DNA of 64,000 nt, taken from positions 4,774,001 through 4,838,000 of the forward strand of contig NC_079169.1 of assembly GCF_947568905.1 (NCBI RefSeq), written 5' to 3'. A program made the translations under genes and the position numbers. Source of the stretch: Ostrea edulis. Its lineage: Eukaryota. Under the pieces are notes generated by a model. The model had not been told where the DNA came from and did no database searches. It saw only the letters and a list, made by a program, of their open reading frames with translations. Every line of letters starts with the position of its first letter. Within the stretch, counting starts at the first letter, position 1. This document shows positions 41,901 to 55,000 of this stretch, in pieces.

Positions 41901-44900
41901 ATATAGATAGATAGGTACAGTGTAAATAGATATATGTAGATAAATAGATGAATTGATAGATAGGTAGATGTAAATAGATAAATTGATAGATGTAGATAGA
42001 TAGATAGATAAATTGATAGATGTAGATAGATAGATATTAAAAAGAAGCTTTCATTCCCAGTGTTGTATGTATGTATTTGTTTAATGACACTGAATAATAA
42101 ATTATAATCAGGTATGGAGTGATTCAATGACATTTGGCTTTTATTGATGGGTTGCATCCTGGATCTTGCAGTCTTTTAAGTTATGTAAAAGAAAAAAAAC
42201 CCAGAGATCTACAGATTCAATTAACTTCTAATTCTTTGTTTGATATATATGAAAGATCTCGTCTGTGTTCTCCGATTTCATAGACATACGAATTTCTTAA
42301 CTTGGAGCCAGCTTCAAAAGACAGACGAGTAACCGGAAGCCATATTGCCAATCTCTGTTTTGAATATTGCTTCCAGTTCTTATCTTTAAAAAAGCATCAA
42401 ATGGTTTCAAAAATATATCTAGAATCTTGTAAATCAATTAAAATGCCGACAGGCCAAAGTGGTATTTCCTATTCAATATGAGCACGGTCATAGTGAACTA
42501 GATACAATTCCTTATAACAAACTTCGTTTAACCCAGTAACAATTTTATTATTTTCCTCACATTGAGGACTGGTAATAAGAATATCACTTTGCGATAAGCG
42601 CGCGAATTCGTTTTAATTATGTTCATTGTAAGCGTGAGTACTGTACTTAGCAGATTTAATTCTACAAAAATATAAATTCGATATTAGTAGAGAAAGGTCT
42701 TCATTTAGATAAACGAAATAAATTACTGTTTCAAAACTCTTATTTAAAATCCCTAGATCTCCATGTTTACTAAGTAACGTACTTTTATTCGTATACTTTT
42801 GATATGGTTTTCTAGGGGTGGGGTGGTGTTGATGGGTAAGGTTAACACATTATTACATCTATATGTTCCGCTGTTTCCCGCCAGACATTTTCAGCTCCTT
42901 CAGCGATGATGAGGCGATTCCATCCAAAATGTTTTATTGTGTCTTCAATGAATTTTTCCATTTCCATATATGGCGTAGAGACTCGTGTTAAAGTAGGAAA
43001 CAGCAGGTTATTGGACAACAGCATCTCCGCACAACCAAAGCTGACCATTGGGATATTCCATTTTTTCGCTAGATGACCAGCAGCTTCACAAACTTCGTCA
43101 CACACAGGGCCTGAGGAGAGAAACCGACGAGGATATTGACAATTTGCATGATTATTGCAATACCAATGAACGAAAAGTCATAATCTTCATAAACCTCTTC
43201 ATAGTACAGCAAAGGCAATTTAGATTGTGTTCTGTATGATGTACGGCCACGAAAAAAATAATATGGAGAAAAAAAACCTTATTAAGAAATAATCAAATTG
43301 TTTACAAAATAACCTTCCCTAGTTCAGAGATTAATTTAACTAATAAAAATCCTCTAGTCTTCAGTCTCAACTGAGTATGACAAAAAGCTTGAGATCAATC
43401 TATGATGATTTCTTGTCAATTTCCTATTAAATAAGCGAGTAGATGATAATGTTCTTAGGGACGAGATCAAAGGAACGAGGCCGGATAAAAATCTAAATTC
43501 AAGATGTTGAAGGGGGAGACAGAATAAAAACATAAGTTTCTGTCTTTCGACATCCATTATTTGTAAATATTTATTTTTGGAAGAAATCGTTGTTTTTTGT
43601 TTTTGTTTTTTTCAATGAACATTTAAAGTGGCATTTAAAGACTACACCTTCATTTGTGAACAAGCAGTAGAATAGGTATGGAATCGGAGTGTTATAAGTA
43701 CATACTTGTACTTTATAGTACTATTAAGCCAATTTCGAAAAAACATTCATCACATTCAGTTACAAGGGTGTGGGGGCCGTAATGAAAACTATATTGATTT
43801 ATAGTTTTTTGTCAGATATTGGATATCTGATCTTGCTTGTAGCTTGTTTCTTGCTCTAAATATTACACAGTGAGGATATACTTGTATATTCTCCTACCAG
43901 TCACCCCCAAACGAGCATAGCGACCTTTCGGATATCGACATTCTCAGTATTACTTGTCGGCTATATATATCATAATTGTAAATGACAACAGGCTTAATTG
44001 TGGAAGGGAAATATTGATTATTGATGTTAATTTAAGAGAACAGTTTTGTCTACTTAGTACATGCTGTGTGTAACTAGAATCTCTAGTGTGTAAGCATTGC
44101 GGATTCATTCCATGTGTTTACATTACCGAGATGAATACTGTAATGTTTTGGGCATATATATAAGCTGCTTATTCTGAAATATGTAAGTAGACTTAAGATG
44201 ACACATATTCATATTCTGATAACATTTAATCTTTTGCTAAATGAACTATCTTTGTAAATATGAGTCGCTAAAATCTTCTTTCCGTCTCTTTTTCAGGAGA
44301 TGGGTCATGGTTCATTAATCAATAGAGAATGGTTGTCTAGGCAATAGCTCATTATTCATAATTGATAATGAACCTCATGATATATCAAATTATTACAAAA
44401 ACTCGTAAAGGTGAAAACCCACAGTCTCTAGTTTCCGAGTTCCAAGTCCGAGGTCTATCTTTTAGTATTTCAAAGGTACGGAATACGGGTAACACCGGGC
44501 TCGGTTGGAAGACCCTTAACTGATCAGCAAGAATGTCCAAGACACAACTTGTACCATTGTCATGGTAATCTATTAGTGTTGTGAAATCATGGTGATAATG
44601 CCGTTTGAATTTTCATAGTGCCGAGATCGATTTCCATGGGGAAAAAATAAAATATATAAATGTTTATTCCGTATAGAGATATATACAAATAAATCATGCA
44701 TACATGTACATAAATACCAAGGATATCACATGAAAGCTTGAAAGCTTATTTCCAATAGGGCCCTTTGATGCACGGATGTTGGTGCTAGGGGGTACAATAC
44801 AAAGATGATTTTAAAAAAAAAACCAGATTGGTAAAGTAATCTACTAGTAACCAGTAGTTTGAACATCTGTTTGTTTGAATTAGTTAGTAAGTTAATTGAG

Positions 44901-47900
44901 ACTGCAAAGCTTTCAATAACATGGACAGGGCTGTCAATCTACCTAAATTGGATCCGAAAAAAGGACCTTCTCCCGACTGGAAAACTTTTCCAATCTTACT
45001 AATCTAGAAATTCCCAATTTTGAGACAATGTAGATAAGGTGAATTTCTCAAATGATCACCTATTGTCAAAATACAAAGGATTCTAAACTACCCTCAGTGT
45101 TCTTTGACGAGGAGGTTTGAAGTGGTACTAAATGATTGTAAACGATTGAGAGTTTGACGAGGAGGTTTGGGGTGGTGCCGAATTATTGTAAATGATTGGA
45201 GAGTTTGACAAGGCGGTTTGGGGTGGTACAGAATGATTGTAAATGATTAAGAGTCTGATGAGGAAGTTTGGGGTGGTACAGAATGATTGTAAATTATTGA
45301 GACTTAAAAGAGGAGGTTCGGGGTGGTACAGAATGATTGTAAATGATAGAGAGTTTGACGTGGAGGTTTGGGGTGGTACAGAATGATTGTAAATAATTGA
45401 GAGTTTGGGGTGGTACAGAATGATTGTAAATGATAGAGAGTTTGACGTGGAGGTTTGGGGTGGTACAGAATGATTGTAAATAATTGAGAGTTTGACGTGG
45501 AGGTTTGGGGTGGTACAGAATGATTGTAAATAATTGAGAGTTTGACGAGGAGGTTTGGGGTGGTACAGCATGATTGTAAATTATTGAGACTTAAAAGAGG
45601 AGGTTCGGGGTGGTACAGAATGATTGTAAATGATAGAAAGTTTGACGTGGAGGTTTGGGGTGGTGCAGAATGATTGTAAATGATTAAGAGTTTGACGAGG
45701 AGGTTTGGGGTGGTACAGCATGATTGTAAATTATTGAGACTTAAAAGAGGAGGTTCGGGGTGGTACAGAATGATTGTAAATGATAGAAAGTTTGACGTGG
45801 AGGTTTGGGGTGGTGCAGAATGATTGTAAATGATTAAGAGTTTGACGTGGAGGTTTTGGGTGGTACAGAATGATTGTAAATTATTGAGAGTTTGACGAGG
45901 AGGTTTGGGGTGGTACAGAATGATTGTAAATTATTGAGAGTTTGACGAGGTGGTTTGGGGTGGTACAGCATGATTGTAAATTATTGAGACTTCAAAGAGG
46001 AGGTTCGGGGTGGTACAGAATGATTGTAATGATAGAGAGTTTGACGTGGAGGTTTGGGGTGGTACAGAATGATTGTAAATGATTAAGAGTTTGATGTGGA
46101 GGTTTGGGGTGGTACAGAATGATTGTAAATGATAGAGAGTTTGACGAGGAGGTTTGGGGTGGTGCAGAATGATTGTAAATTATTGAGAGTTTGATGTGGA
46201 GGTTTGGGGTGGTACAGAATGATTGTAAATGATAGAGAGTTTGACGAGGAGGTTTGGGGTGGTGCAGAATGATTGTAAATTATTGAGAGTTTGACGTGGA
46301 GGTTTGGGGTGGTGCAGAATGATTGTAAATGATTAAGAGTTTGACGTGGAGGTTTGGGGTGGTACAGAATGATTGTAAATGATAGAGAGTTTGACGTGGA
46401 GGTTTGGGGTTGTGCAGAATGATTGTAAATTATTGAGAGTTTGACGTGGAGGTTTGGGGTGGTGCAGAATGATTGTAAATAATAGAAAGTTTGACGTGGA
46501 GGTTTGGGGTGGTGCAGAATGATTGTAAATTATTGAGAGTTTGACGAGGAGGTTTGGGGTGGTATAGAATGATTGTAAATGATAGAGAGTTTGACGTGGA
46601 GGTTTGGGGTGGTGCAGAATGATTGTAAATTATTGAGAGTTTGACGAGGAGGTTTGGGGTGGTATAGAATGATTGTAAATGATTGAGAGTTTGATGAGGA
46701 GGTTTGGGGTGGTACTGAATGATTGTAATGATAGAGAGTTTGATGGGGGTGGTGGTACTGAATGATTGTAAATGATTAAGATGCTGATGAAAAAAATTAT
46801 TAGTCCGAACGAAAAGTTCCGACAAATTTCCCAATTTAAAGAGATTGAGACCCAGTCCTAAATCTGTAGTGACAGTTCTGCATAGGTAATGACTTTTCCT
46901 TTGCCAAGAAGTGAAAGTCACAGGTCATTAGGACCTTAAAAACAGAGGTCTCATGTCACAGATAGGGGTTTTCACGACAAAAGAATCCTCGCTGCCGTGA
47001 GCGTCATAATTTTTTTAAGGGACTACAAATATGTGAATCGGAAAGGATCCGGATTAGAATAGGTCCTCAGTACTCCTTACTTGTCGTAAAAGGCGACTAA
47101 ATAGGTCGGTCCTTCTGATGAGACCCGAAAAACCGAGGTCCCGTGTCACAGCAAGTGTGACAGAATAATCAAAGATCCCTCTCTGGCCAATGACCGTGAG
47201 CACCGAGGATAGGCCTACATTTTGCAGCCCTTTACCGGAAATGTTGACGTCTCCATATAAGTTAAAGATCTTCGAGCGGGACAGAAACTATATACATGTA
47301 AACCCAACCAACAAATAAGTCTACTGGAATTAGCGCTTATGATCACGAACAGTTGCAAATTGAACATCTAGAATTAAAAAAACAACAACAAATAATGAAA
47401 AGATGTATGAATAATAAGACTCAAAGAAGGGAAATAAAGTTTTACAAATAAATAAATTAAAAAAATCAAGGCCATAAATAACATTTAATATTTTAAGAGA
47501 AGTTAGATGTGGGCTCAAATATTTAAATCATCGAAACCACGAAAATGGTGCGACAAGAAACGAATTTCAATAAGCCGTTAAAACATATTTCCCAGACTTT
47601 CCGGCAGATTGAAGGAAAAAGAACCTATCTTTTAGGTCCGAATGCACATACAGACATCAGAAACAAAACCAGCGACGATGGGAGTCTACTCAGGAAAATA
47701 ATACAGAGGGTCTGGGAACCACATAGAGACCCGCAATGGGTCCAGGGCATGCAATACACTGACAGGGGCCAGGGAAACAAAACCTCCGGACGTTGATGGG
47801 TTTTCACATAGATTTCAATGTGATTACATGTATCTGCCTGGCTAAGCAACATCGCTGTAATTTTTCGGCAACCCATATTATGAAAACTGCCTAGGTTGTA

Positions 47901-48420
47901 TAGTATTCTATTTCCCAATGAATAAAATAACGATCACACTGCACGCACCTGTTGTATCTGTCATTGTGATTTCTTTCCTTCGTGGCAGATATATTATTCA
48001 TTGACTGTTTATTGTTTTACACCGAATTCTCGATCTTAGCAAAAACACTGAAGCGAACAATCGCTTGTAATAGTTAACTATGGTTTCAAGGGTTTTTTTA
48101 AATACAGAAAATCAAAGTTGACAATAGACCTACGTCTTATGTTTTGATATTTACTCTATTAAACAAGATGTATTTGTGAAACACAAATGCCTCCAATAAT
48201 GGGCAATTCCAAAGATGGCTAAGGTCACAAGGACAAACATCTTGGTACCAGTAGAAAGATCTTTTCACAAGAAATGCTCAGGTGCAATATGAAAGCTCTA
48301 ATATTTACCATTTAGAAGTTATGACCAATGTCAAACTTTTTAAAAGTAGGTCAAAAGGTTAGTCCCCACGTAAAGTTCTTGTCACAAGGAATACTCGTGT
48401 GAATATCAAAGCTCTAGTAT

Positions 48421-48452
<32 letters not shown>

Positions 48453-48521
48453 CTTTTAAAAAGTGGGTCAAACTTCAAGGTCACAGGGTCAAAACATTTT
48501 GGTACCCACGGAAAGGTCTTG

Positions 48522-48553
<32 letters not shown>

Positions 48554-48570
48554 AAAGCTCTAGCATTCAA

Positions 48571-48630
<60 letters not shown>

Positions 48631-48679
48631 AGGGTAAAAAAATTTGGTACTCACTGAAACGTCTTGTCACAAGGAATAC

Positions 48680-48743
<64 letters not shown>

Positions 48744-49663
48744 AACAGAATGACAGACAGGACAAAAAAAATACCCCCCCCCCCCCCGATCTTCGATCTC
48801 AGGGGCATAAAAATATTTGAAATATTTCAAAGCTTGTTCAAAAGTCAAAGGATTTGTTTTTGTTTTATTTACAGGAAATCAAAATACCGGAATTTTTTAC
48901 TGTGCTTCTTGTCATGATTCAGAAAACACAGAGTGATAACATCACCATTCATTTTCTTCAGTGCTTGAGCGATTCGTCATGCACCTACATTAATCACATT
49001 TGCTAATTGTTGTAAGATTAAACGCTGATAGAAGACTTCATGTATATTCTCCGTGAAGACAGCGGCGTAGCATAACATTACATTGTTCCCTGTATTATGA
49101 ATTTAGAACTTTAGTATCCGCTATAAAAGAGATTTTTGAAAACTACTGCAATACATCTTACTAAACGAACGTAAAAGACTATGGAAAGTTTGAACAAGCG
49201 TCCCCCTGGAAACCACTATAGATGCCCTACCCCTATTTTTTCTCGAAGAATAAAAGATAAAATTTTTTCTTGAATGCTCCAAAAACCCTACTTTATTTTA
49301 TGTCCTAATGTACATGTACCCATGTTGTTATCTAAAAAGCAAGCAAGAGTTTTAAGCACTAGAAGAATGACAGACAAAATGATAAATATGCAAATTTTAA
49401 ATATCAGAGGAAATACCGTCTGTATCAATAAACAAACTTTATGTATAGTGTTGAACTAGAACATATTTGGTATTGGTTTTATGGAACATACATGTACAAC
49501 TGATGTACAACTAATGCAGTCTGCTGTTAAGGAATTCCAAAGTCCTCTGGCATGAAAATAGTGTGGCCTTTACGTAACCGTGACATAGATGAAAGAATCG
49601 CGAAACCCCATTGTTTGTTATATATATTATTTTGACTGTGTGATATCAACTCTTTCTATATGG

Positions 49664-49722
<59 letters not shown>

Positions 49723-51850
49723 GTTGTGGATGCGGATAAATACGTTGACCAAGTAGAGAATGAAATGCTTAATAGCGCATCTTACAGTGAAGTAGTGTGC
49801 GACAAAAGCAAACAAATTCCCAACAACAACAAAATGGTTAATGAAATGTATAAAAAAGGATCCATTTCGTCTGAATTAAGACATTATCTACTACCCACCG
49901 AAGCAACATCAGGAAATCTCCAAGCTAACCGAAAAATACACAAAAATACCAATCCGCTTAGGACTTTAGTAAATGGCCGACAACACCCAGCAGAAAAGAT
50001 AGCCGAGTATGTCGAGTCGCAACTTAAGAATGCGAATAAATGCCTCGGTAGTTATATCCAGGATACTACAGAGGTTTTGAAAAAAAAACTTTCAAGTGTA
50101 AAGCAACCATTACCAGATTCCTCAATTTTATTTTGTCTGGACGTGAAAGCACTTTTTCATAGCATACCTAGGAAAGCAGCTCAATGTTGGATGCTGTTTT
50201 TGACAATAATAATTTTAATTTCAATAACAAAAACTACATGCAGACTGAAGGGACTGCGACTGGATCAAAACTTGGGCGAAACTACACTTGTGTTTATATG
50301 GGGGGATGGGAACGAATTCTTTCCGAAAAATCAAAACAACTACCATTATTTTATGTACGTTATATTGATGATATTTTTGGTATCTGGACGGGTACAGAAG
50401 AACTTTAAAATTCCATAAAACCGCGAATGAAATACATCCAAACATTCAGCTTGACTTACGTCTAACAAACACCAAAATCGATTTCCTTGATGTAACAATC
50501 TCAATAACAGACGGAATCCTTAGCACTGACTTATACTGCAAACCCACCGATAAACATATGTACCTTAATAAAACCTCTAGCCATCCCGAATTTACAAAAA
50601 AAGTCTATTCCCTTTGGAATGGGCTCCGTGCGCGTAGAATTTGTTCCACAGAAGAAAAATATCAAATCCAACGACAGGAAATAAATAAAAATTTAGGAAA
50701 ACGCGGTTATTTAGATAATGATGTAGAAAAAGAACTTAAGAAAGTAGATAAACTCGACCGATCAAATCTCCTAAACTACAGAAAAAAGACAAAGCAGGGT
50801 AACCGTGTTCCCTTTGTGATAGACTATTCTAAAGGGCTTCCCATTATTCATAAGATTTTTTTTTTTAAAACAAACGTCAAAAGATTCTTGAAAATTCTGA
50901 CCTCCTCAAAAACGTTTTTAAAGATATGCCCATTGTGGCTTTTAAGAGACAAAATTTAAAAGACATTCTGGTACATGAGAAACACAATAATATATTTTTT
51001 TAAGAAAAGAAAATGTATGTGAGCCGTGTGGTGCTAAAAAGTGTACTTTATGTCAATATGTCATTAAAACTAATCAATTTGAGGACTGCAACGGTAATAA
51101 ATTATATCAATTGTAAATGCAGCAATATAGTTTATGGCGTGTTTTGCAAAAAATGCAACATAATTGTATATGTGGGAGAAACTGGGGTAACTTTATACCA
51201 AAGGCATGTTTTTTTGTCATTTATTAGACGAGAAACTGACGAACCTGTTGCTATTCATTTCTATACAGATTCTCATAGTAGTGACGATTATTCTATAATA
51301 GGAATCGAAAAACTTTACAAAAATGACATTTATCGTCGCTTTAGAGAAAATTTGTGGAAGAAAAAATTGAATACTTATGTACCATTCGGAATAAACAGAA
51401 GGGAACATTTTTGTCTTTAATAATTAATGTCTTGTATGTAAAGAACGTGTTATAATAACTGATTATAACAATATTGATGTATTTACGATTAGCTACTTAC
51501 TGTAATATTTCTTGTTTGTATTCACTTAGGCCAGAAGTTAACTGCTTTGTGAACAAACATTTCTAAAAACATTTTTGCTACATACTTACCGATAAAACTG
51601 TACGCATAGTCATATTTTAAGATGTGTCCACGAGGTCGGTTGAGTATTGTTCATTTTATTATTAGACTTTTGCCCTTTTCAAATGTTTTTCGCGCAATAT
51701 CAACTTTGATGTTACTTTTCAATTGTATATTACTTGCTGTGACATCATAGTACTTTTGTGTAGGTAGTCTTGCGTTACGTTACTATGACAGATAAACACG
51801 AGTGAAGACCGGTAACACGGTTTAAATATTTCTGGAAAGTGTTTAGAGTT

Positions 51851-51881
<31 letters not shown>

Positions 51882-52038
51882 AGAATGACACATTCTATAA
51901 AAAAATCAATTACTTACTGCTAGCTCTTTCTCCATGTCCACATGGTTCATCTATAAAAATTGTTTAGCAACGTCTTTTTTATGACTTCACAATAAACGTT
52001 TACCGGTAGCGTTTGGTAATGGTCTAATATTATTCCTA

Positions 52039-52078
<40 letters not shown>

Positions 52079-55000
52079 ATATCATGTTGAATTGTGGTTC
52101 AATGTTAAAATAATTATTTCCTATCTCTTGGATTAAAAAGTTTTATAAAATAGTCCTCTTTGGCTTTGCAAGTTATTTCATTTTCAGTCCACATTTTAAA
52201 GAAGAGAAATACTTTAAATTTACCACCCTCGCATTCCGCAAAATGTTCACTATATGGGGTGTTCCGAACACTAGGATCTTTGATTTGTTGTTTATGCAAC
52301 CTCACTCGCGCATCAAGTTTGTTAGTTTGTCCTATATAGTTTTCTCCACAAGTTGGGCAAGTGGCACAGTAAATAAGCAGGGCCGTAAATTACATGGAGG
52401 CGGAGGAGGCAGCTGCCTCCTCCAACTTTTGAGCCAAAAAAAATTAAAATTTAAAGTTCATTAGAATTTATGTTGTTTCCAATAACTAAGAACATGATAC
52501 CTCCCTTAAAAAGCATTCCAAATCTTTCTTTTAGAATGAGTTAGTCAAGTAACATCTTAGAAGGCCCTAGAATCAAGGATTTTGCACGAAACGTGTTCAG
52601 TGTGCACAAAATGTGCTCAGCGTCTGGGGGCCTGGGCGGCCCCCAGACCCCCACCTAATTTCCTGCCTCCTCCAAATTGAAAGTTAATTTACGGCCCTGA
52701 AATAAGTCAATGCCATCATAAACTGCAAATCTGGAAATCTTATTTTAACAATTTAACTACAAAATCGTCGGAGATTTGCGGAGACAGCCGAGTGTCTGGT
52801 TGAACGAGACTATTTCAGCTGATGAGGAGCAAACCACGTGATTCAAATGTGTAATCATTGGAGCAAGCTCGTCGCGTCGCGAAAAGTGCTATTGTTTCAT
52901 GTTTCATTCTTATTCAGATATAATTCATTTGCAATTTTGTAAGAAGAAATAAATTAAGATTCTGTACAAAGAAAATCTGCTGAAATGTTTGTGTGTGTCA
53001 AAAAGCATCCTTTACTTTCTTTCGATTTCATTCAATCTGCAGATATACAATGTACCAATCACACTTAAATTCTAAGCACCTGCATTTGTAAGTGTCATTT
53101 CTTTCCTTCAAATTCACTTAAAATGTCCATATTATGACGTGTTTGAATTCTATTTATAGTTCTTGAAAACCACAAAAGTGTTCTTACTTGAATTATTGTA
53201 TTAATGCTTTTTTTATAAAGTGAATATTCAATTACAATTCCAGTGTGTTGCCTTGGAAATGTTAAGAATGCTTAAAATTTGATGATTTAAATCATTGAAA
53301 TTATACGATAATTATTATTTAACAAATGTAAATGTATTTGGGATAAAGTAAGAAACAAGATATGGTATAATTGCTACATTTGTCACAGCTGGTGTGGGTT
53401 TTCACCTTTACCTATGAATTGTGAACTGCCATCTAATTTCTAAATGCTCTTTTGGAAATCTTTATTTGTTTTATGCGATGGTACAGTTAGGATATACCAT
53501 TTTGTCATCCCCTGAACATGACATATTAGTTTAAGCACTCGACTTATAATCTGTTGATTATCGATTTGAGCACTCGACTTATAATCTGTTGATTATCGCA
53601 TGTTAATTCAATGCAATGCATTTATCAATAAAATCGCGGACCTTTTAATAAACAAGTTAAATTATAAAATGATGGTATAAGGAATACATTTTGAAGTTAT
53701 TTGTACTTTGGGAAAAGTAAAAACATTTGAAAGCAAGGGAGTATTTTTTTTGTCGGATAGAGAAAATTACCCCCACCCTATTTTCATTGTTTTATACCGT
53801 AACAAAAACAACCAGGGCATTTATTTCTAAAATATAGCGTTATATTTCGACTCCATGTTTTACACAGATAATATGCTAATGGCTCTACCACGAGGACGAT
53901 TGCTGGCTAAGTATACATGCGCGGATTCTGAATATTTTTCTAGGGGAGTGGGTTCCGTGCCTTGGTGATTCAGTCTTTTCTAGGAACTAAGATCTTTATT
54001 TAAAAGGGAAAAAAGAACCCCACTCTTTTGTGTAATGAAGATCACACGACAGGATAACGAAAAATCCCAAGAAATCTCTAATTAACAGCAAGGTGGTGCT
54101 ATCTGGATTTTTTTTATATAATACTAATTGTAGCATTGGTGAATTTTAACACTATCACATTGTACAGAATCCCCGTCCTTAACGCAATGATTCAAGTCTG
54201 CTACAATTTTAAAATCCCCCACCCCTCTATTTTTTGGATGGGTGAGTAACGATATAATGATATCCACTCACAAACTAATGATTTGATATCAAGCTTAAAA
54301 CTACACATTTTCAAAGACATAAGTACAATTCGTTTCTCATAGGAAGTAAAGTGACATGGTTGATTTTCATCAGGTGCGTGCATGTGAAACTAATCCTTAA
54401 GCAATAAAGCGAGGGATAATATCACCATGTTTAGCATCACCCTGCAAACCAAGGTGGATTTTTTCTGTTGTTTCGATCTCCTCAATAGTCAGTTAGTTCC
54501 GACACTTCATCATTAGTATTATGACGCCAAAACCAAGAGTGTGACGTCACATCTATTGTCCTGTCCCGGTTATAAATTATATATCGTATATTACATTTCG
54601 TTATACATAATTATAGGCCTATTAGTACAATGCATTGTACGGAGGTATGCTAATCTAGGGTGAAATTGAGATAAAGTAATCTACGTGAGTTCGTTATCTC
54701 AGGTCAACGAAATGTGATTGTGAGATAAAAAAAAAAAAAAAAAAAAGAAAGAAAGAAAGAATGCCGTTAGGTCGATTATGGCAGTTTTTTCTTGACGTCG
54801 AAAATTCTTTGGATGTGTATATTTAGCTCGAATTTTCTCTGTCCTAATCTCTAGCGCTTGATGGTTTGCATTCAATATCTAAGAGGTAGTTTAATCTACA
54901 GAACACACAAACGCAATCATTACATACAGTTATGTATACGTCTGTTGTTGTTACCCCAATGACAATCCATTGTGGATAATAAGTATACTATGATAGTAAA

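Noticed and set aside
45128-46921. 147-aa and 163-aa minus-strand ORFs
   Set aside because: By-products of a 50-bp repeat whose C/A-rich strand lacks stops; the peptide cycles through three frames
47115-47150. CTGATGA-GACC...GGTC hammerhead-like start inside a SINE
   Set aside because: No GAAA after stem II and no stem I/III; other copies of the SINE have cggatga
49627-49717. ORFs containing YIYIYI runs (also 20656-20943)
   Set aside because: Translation of (TA)n microsatellites
52819-52850. CTGATGAG motif near a PLE fragment
   Set aside because: No pairable stem II followed by GAAA
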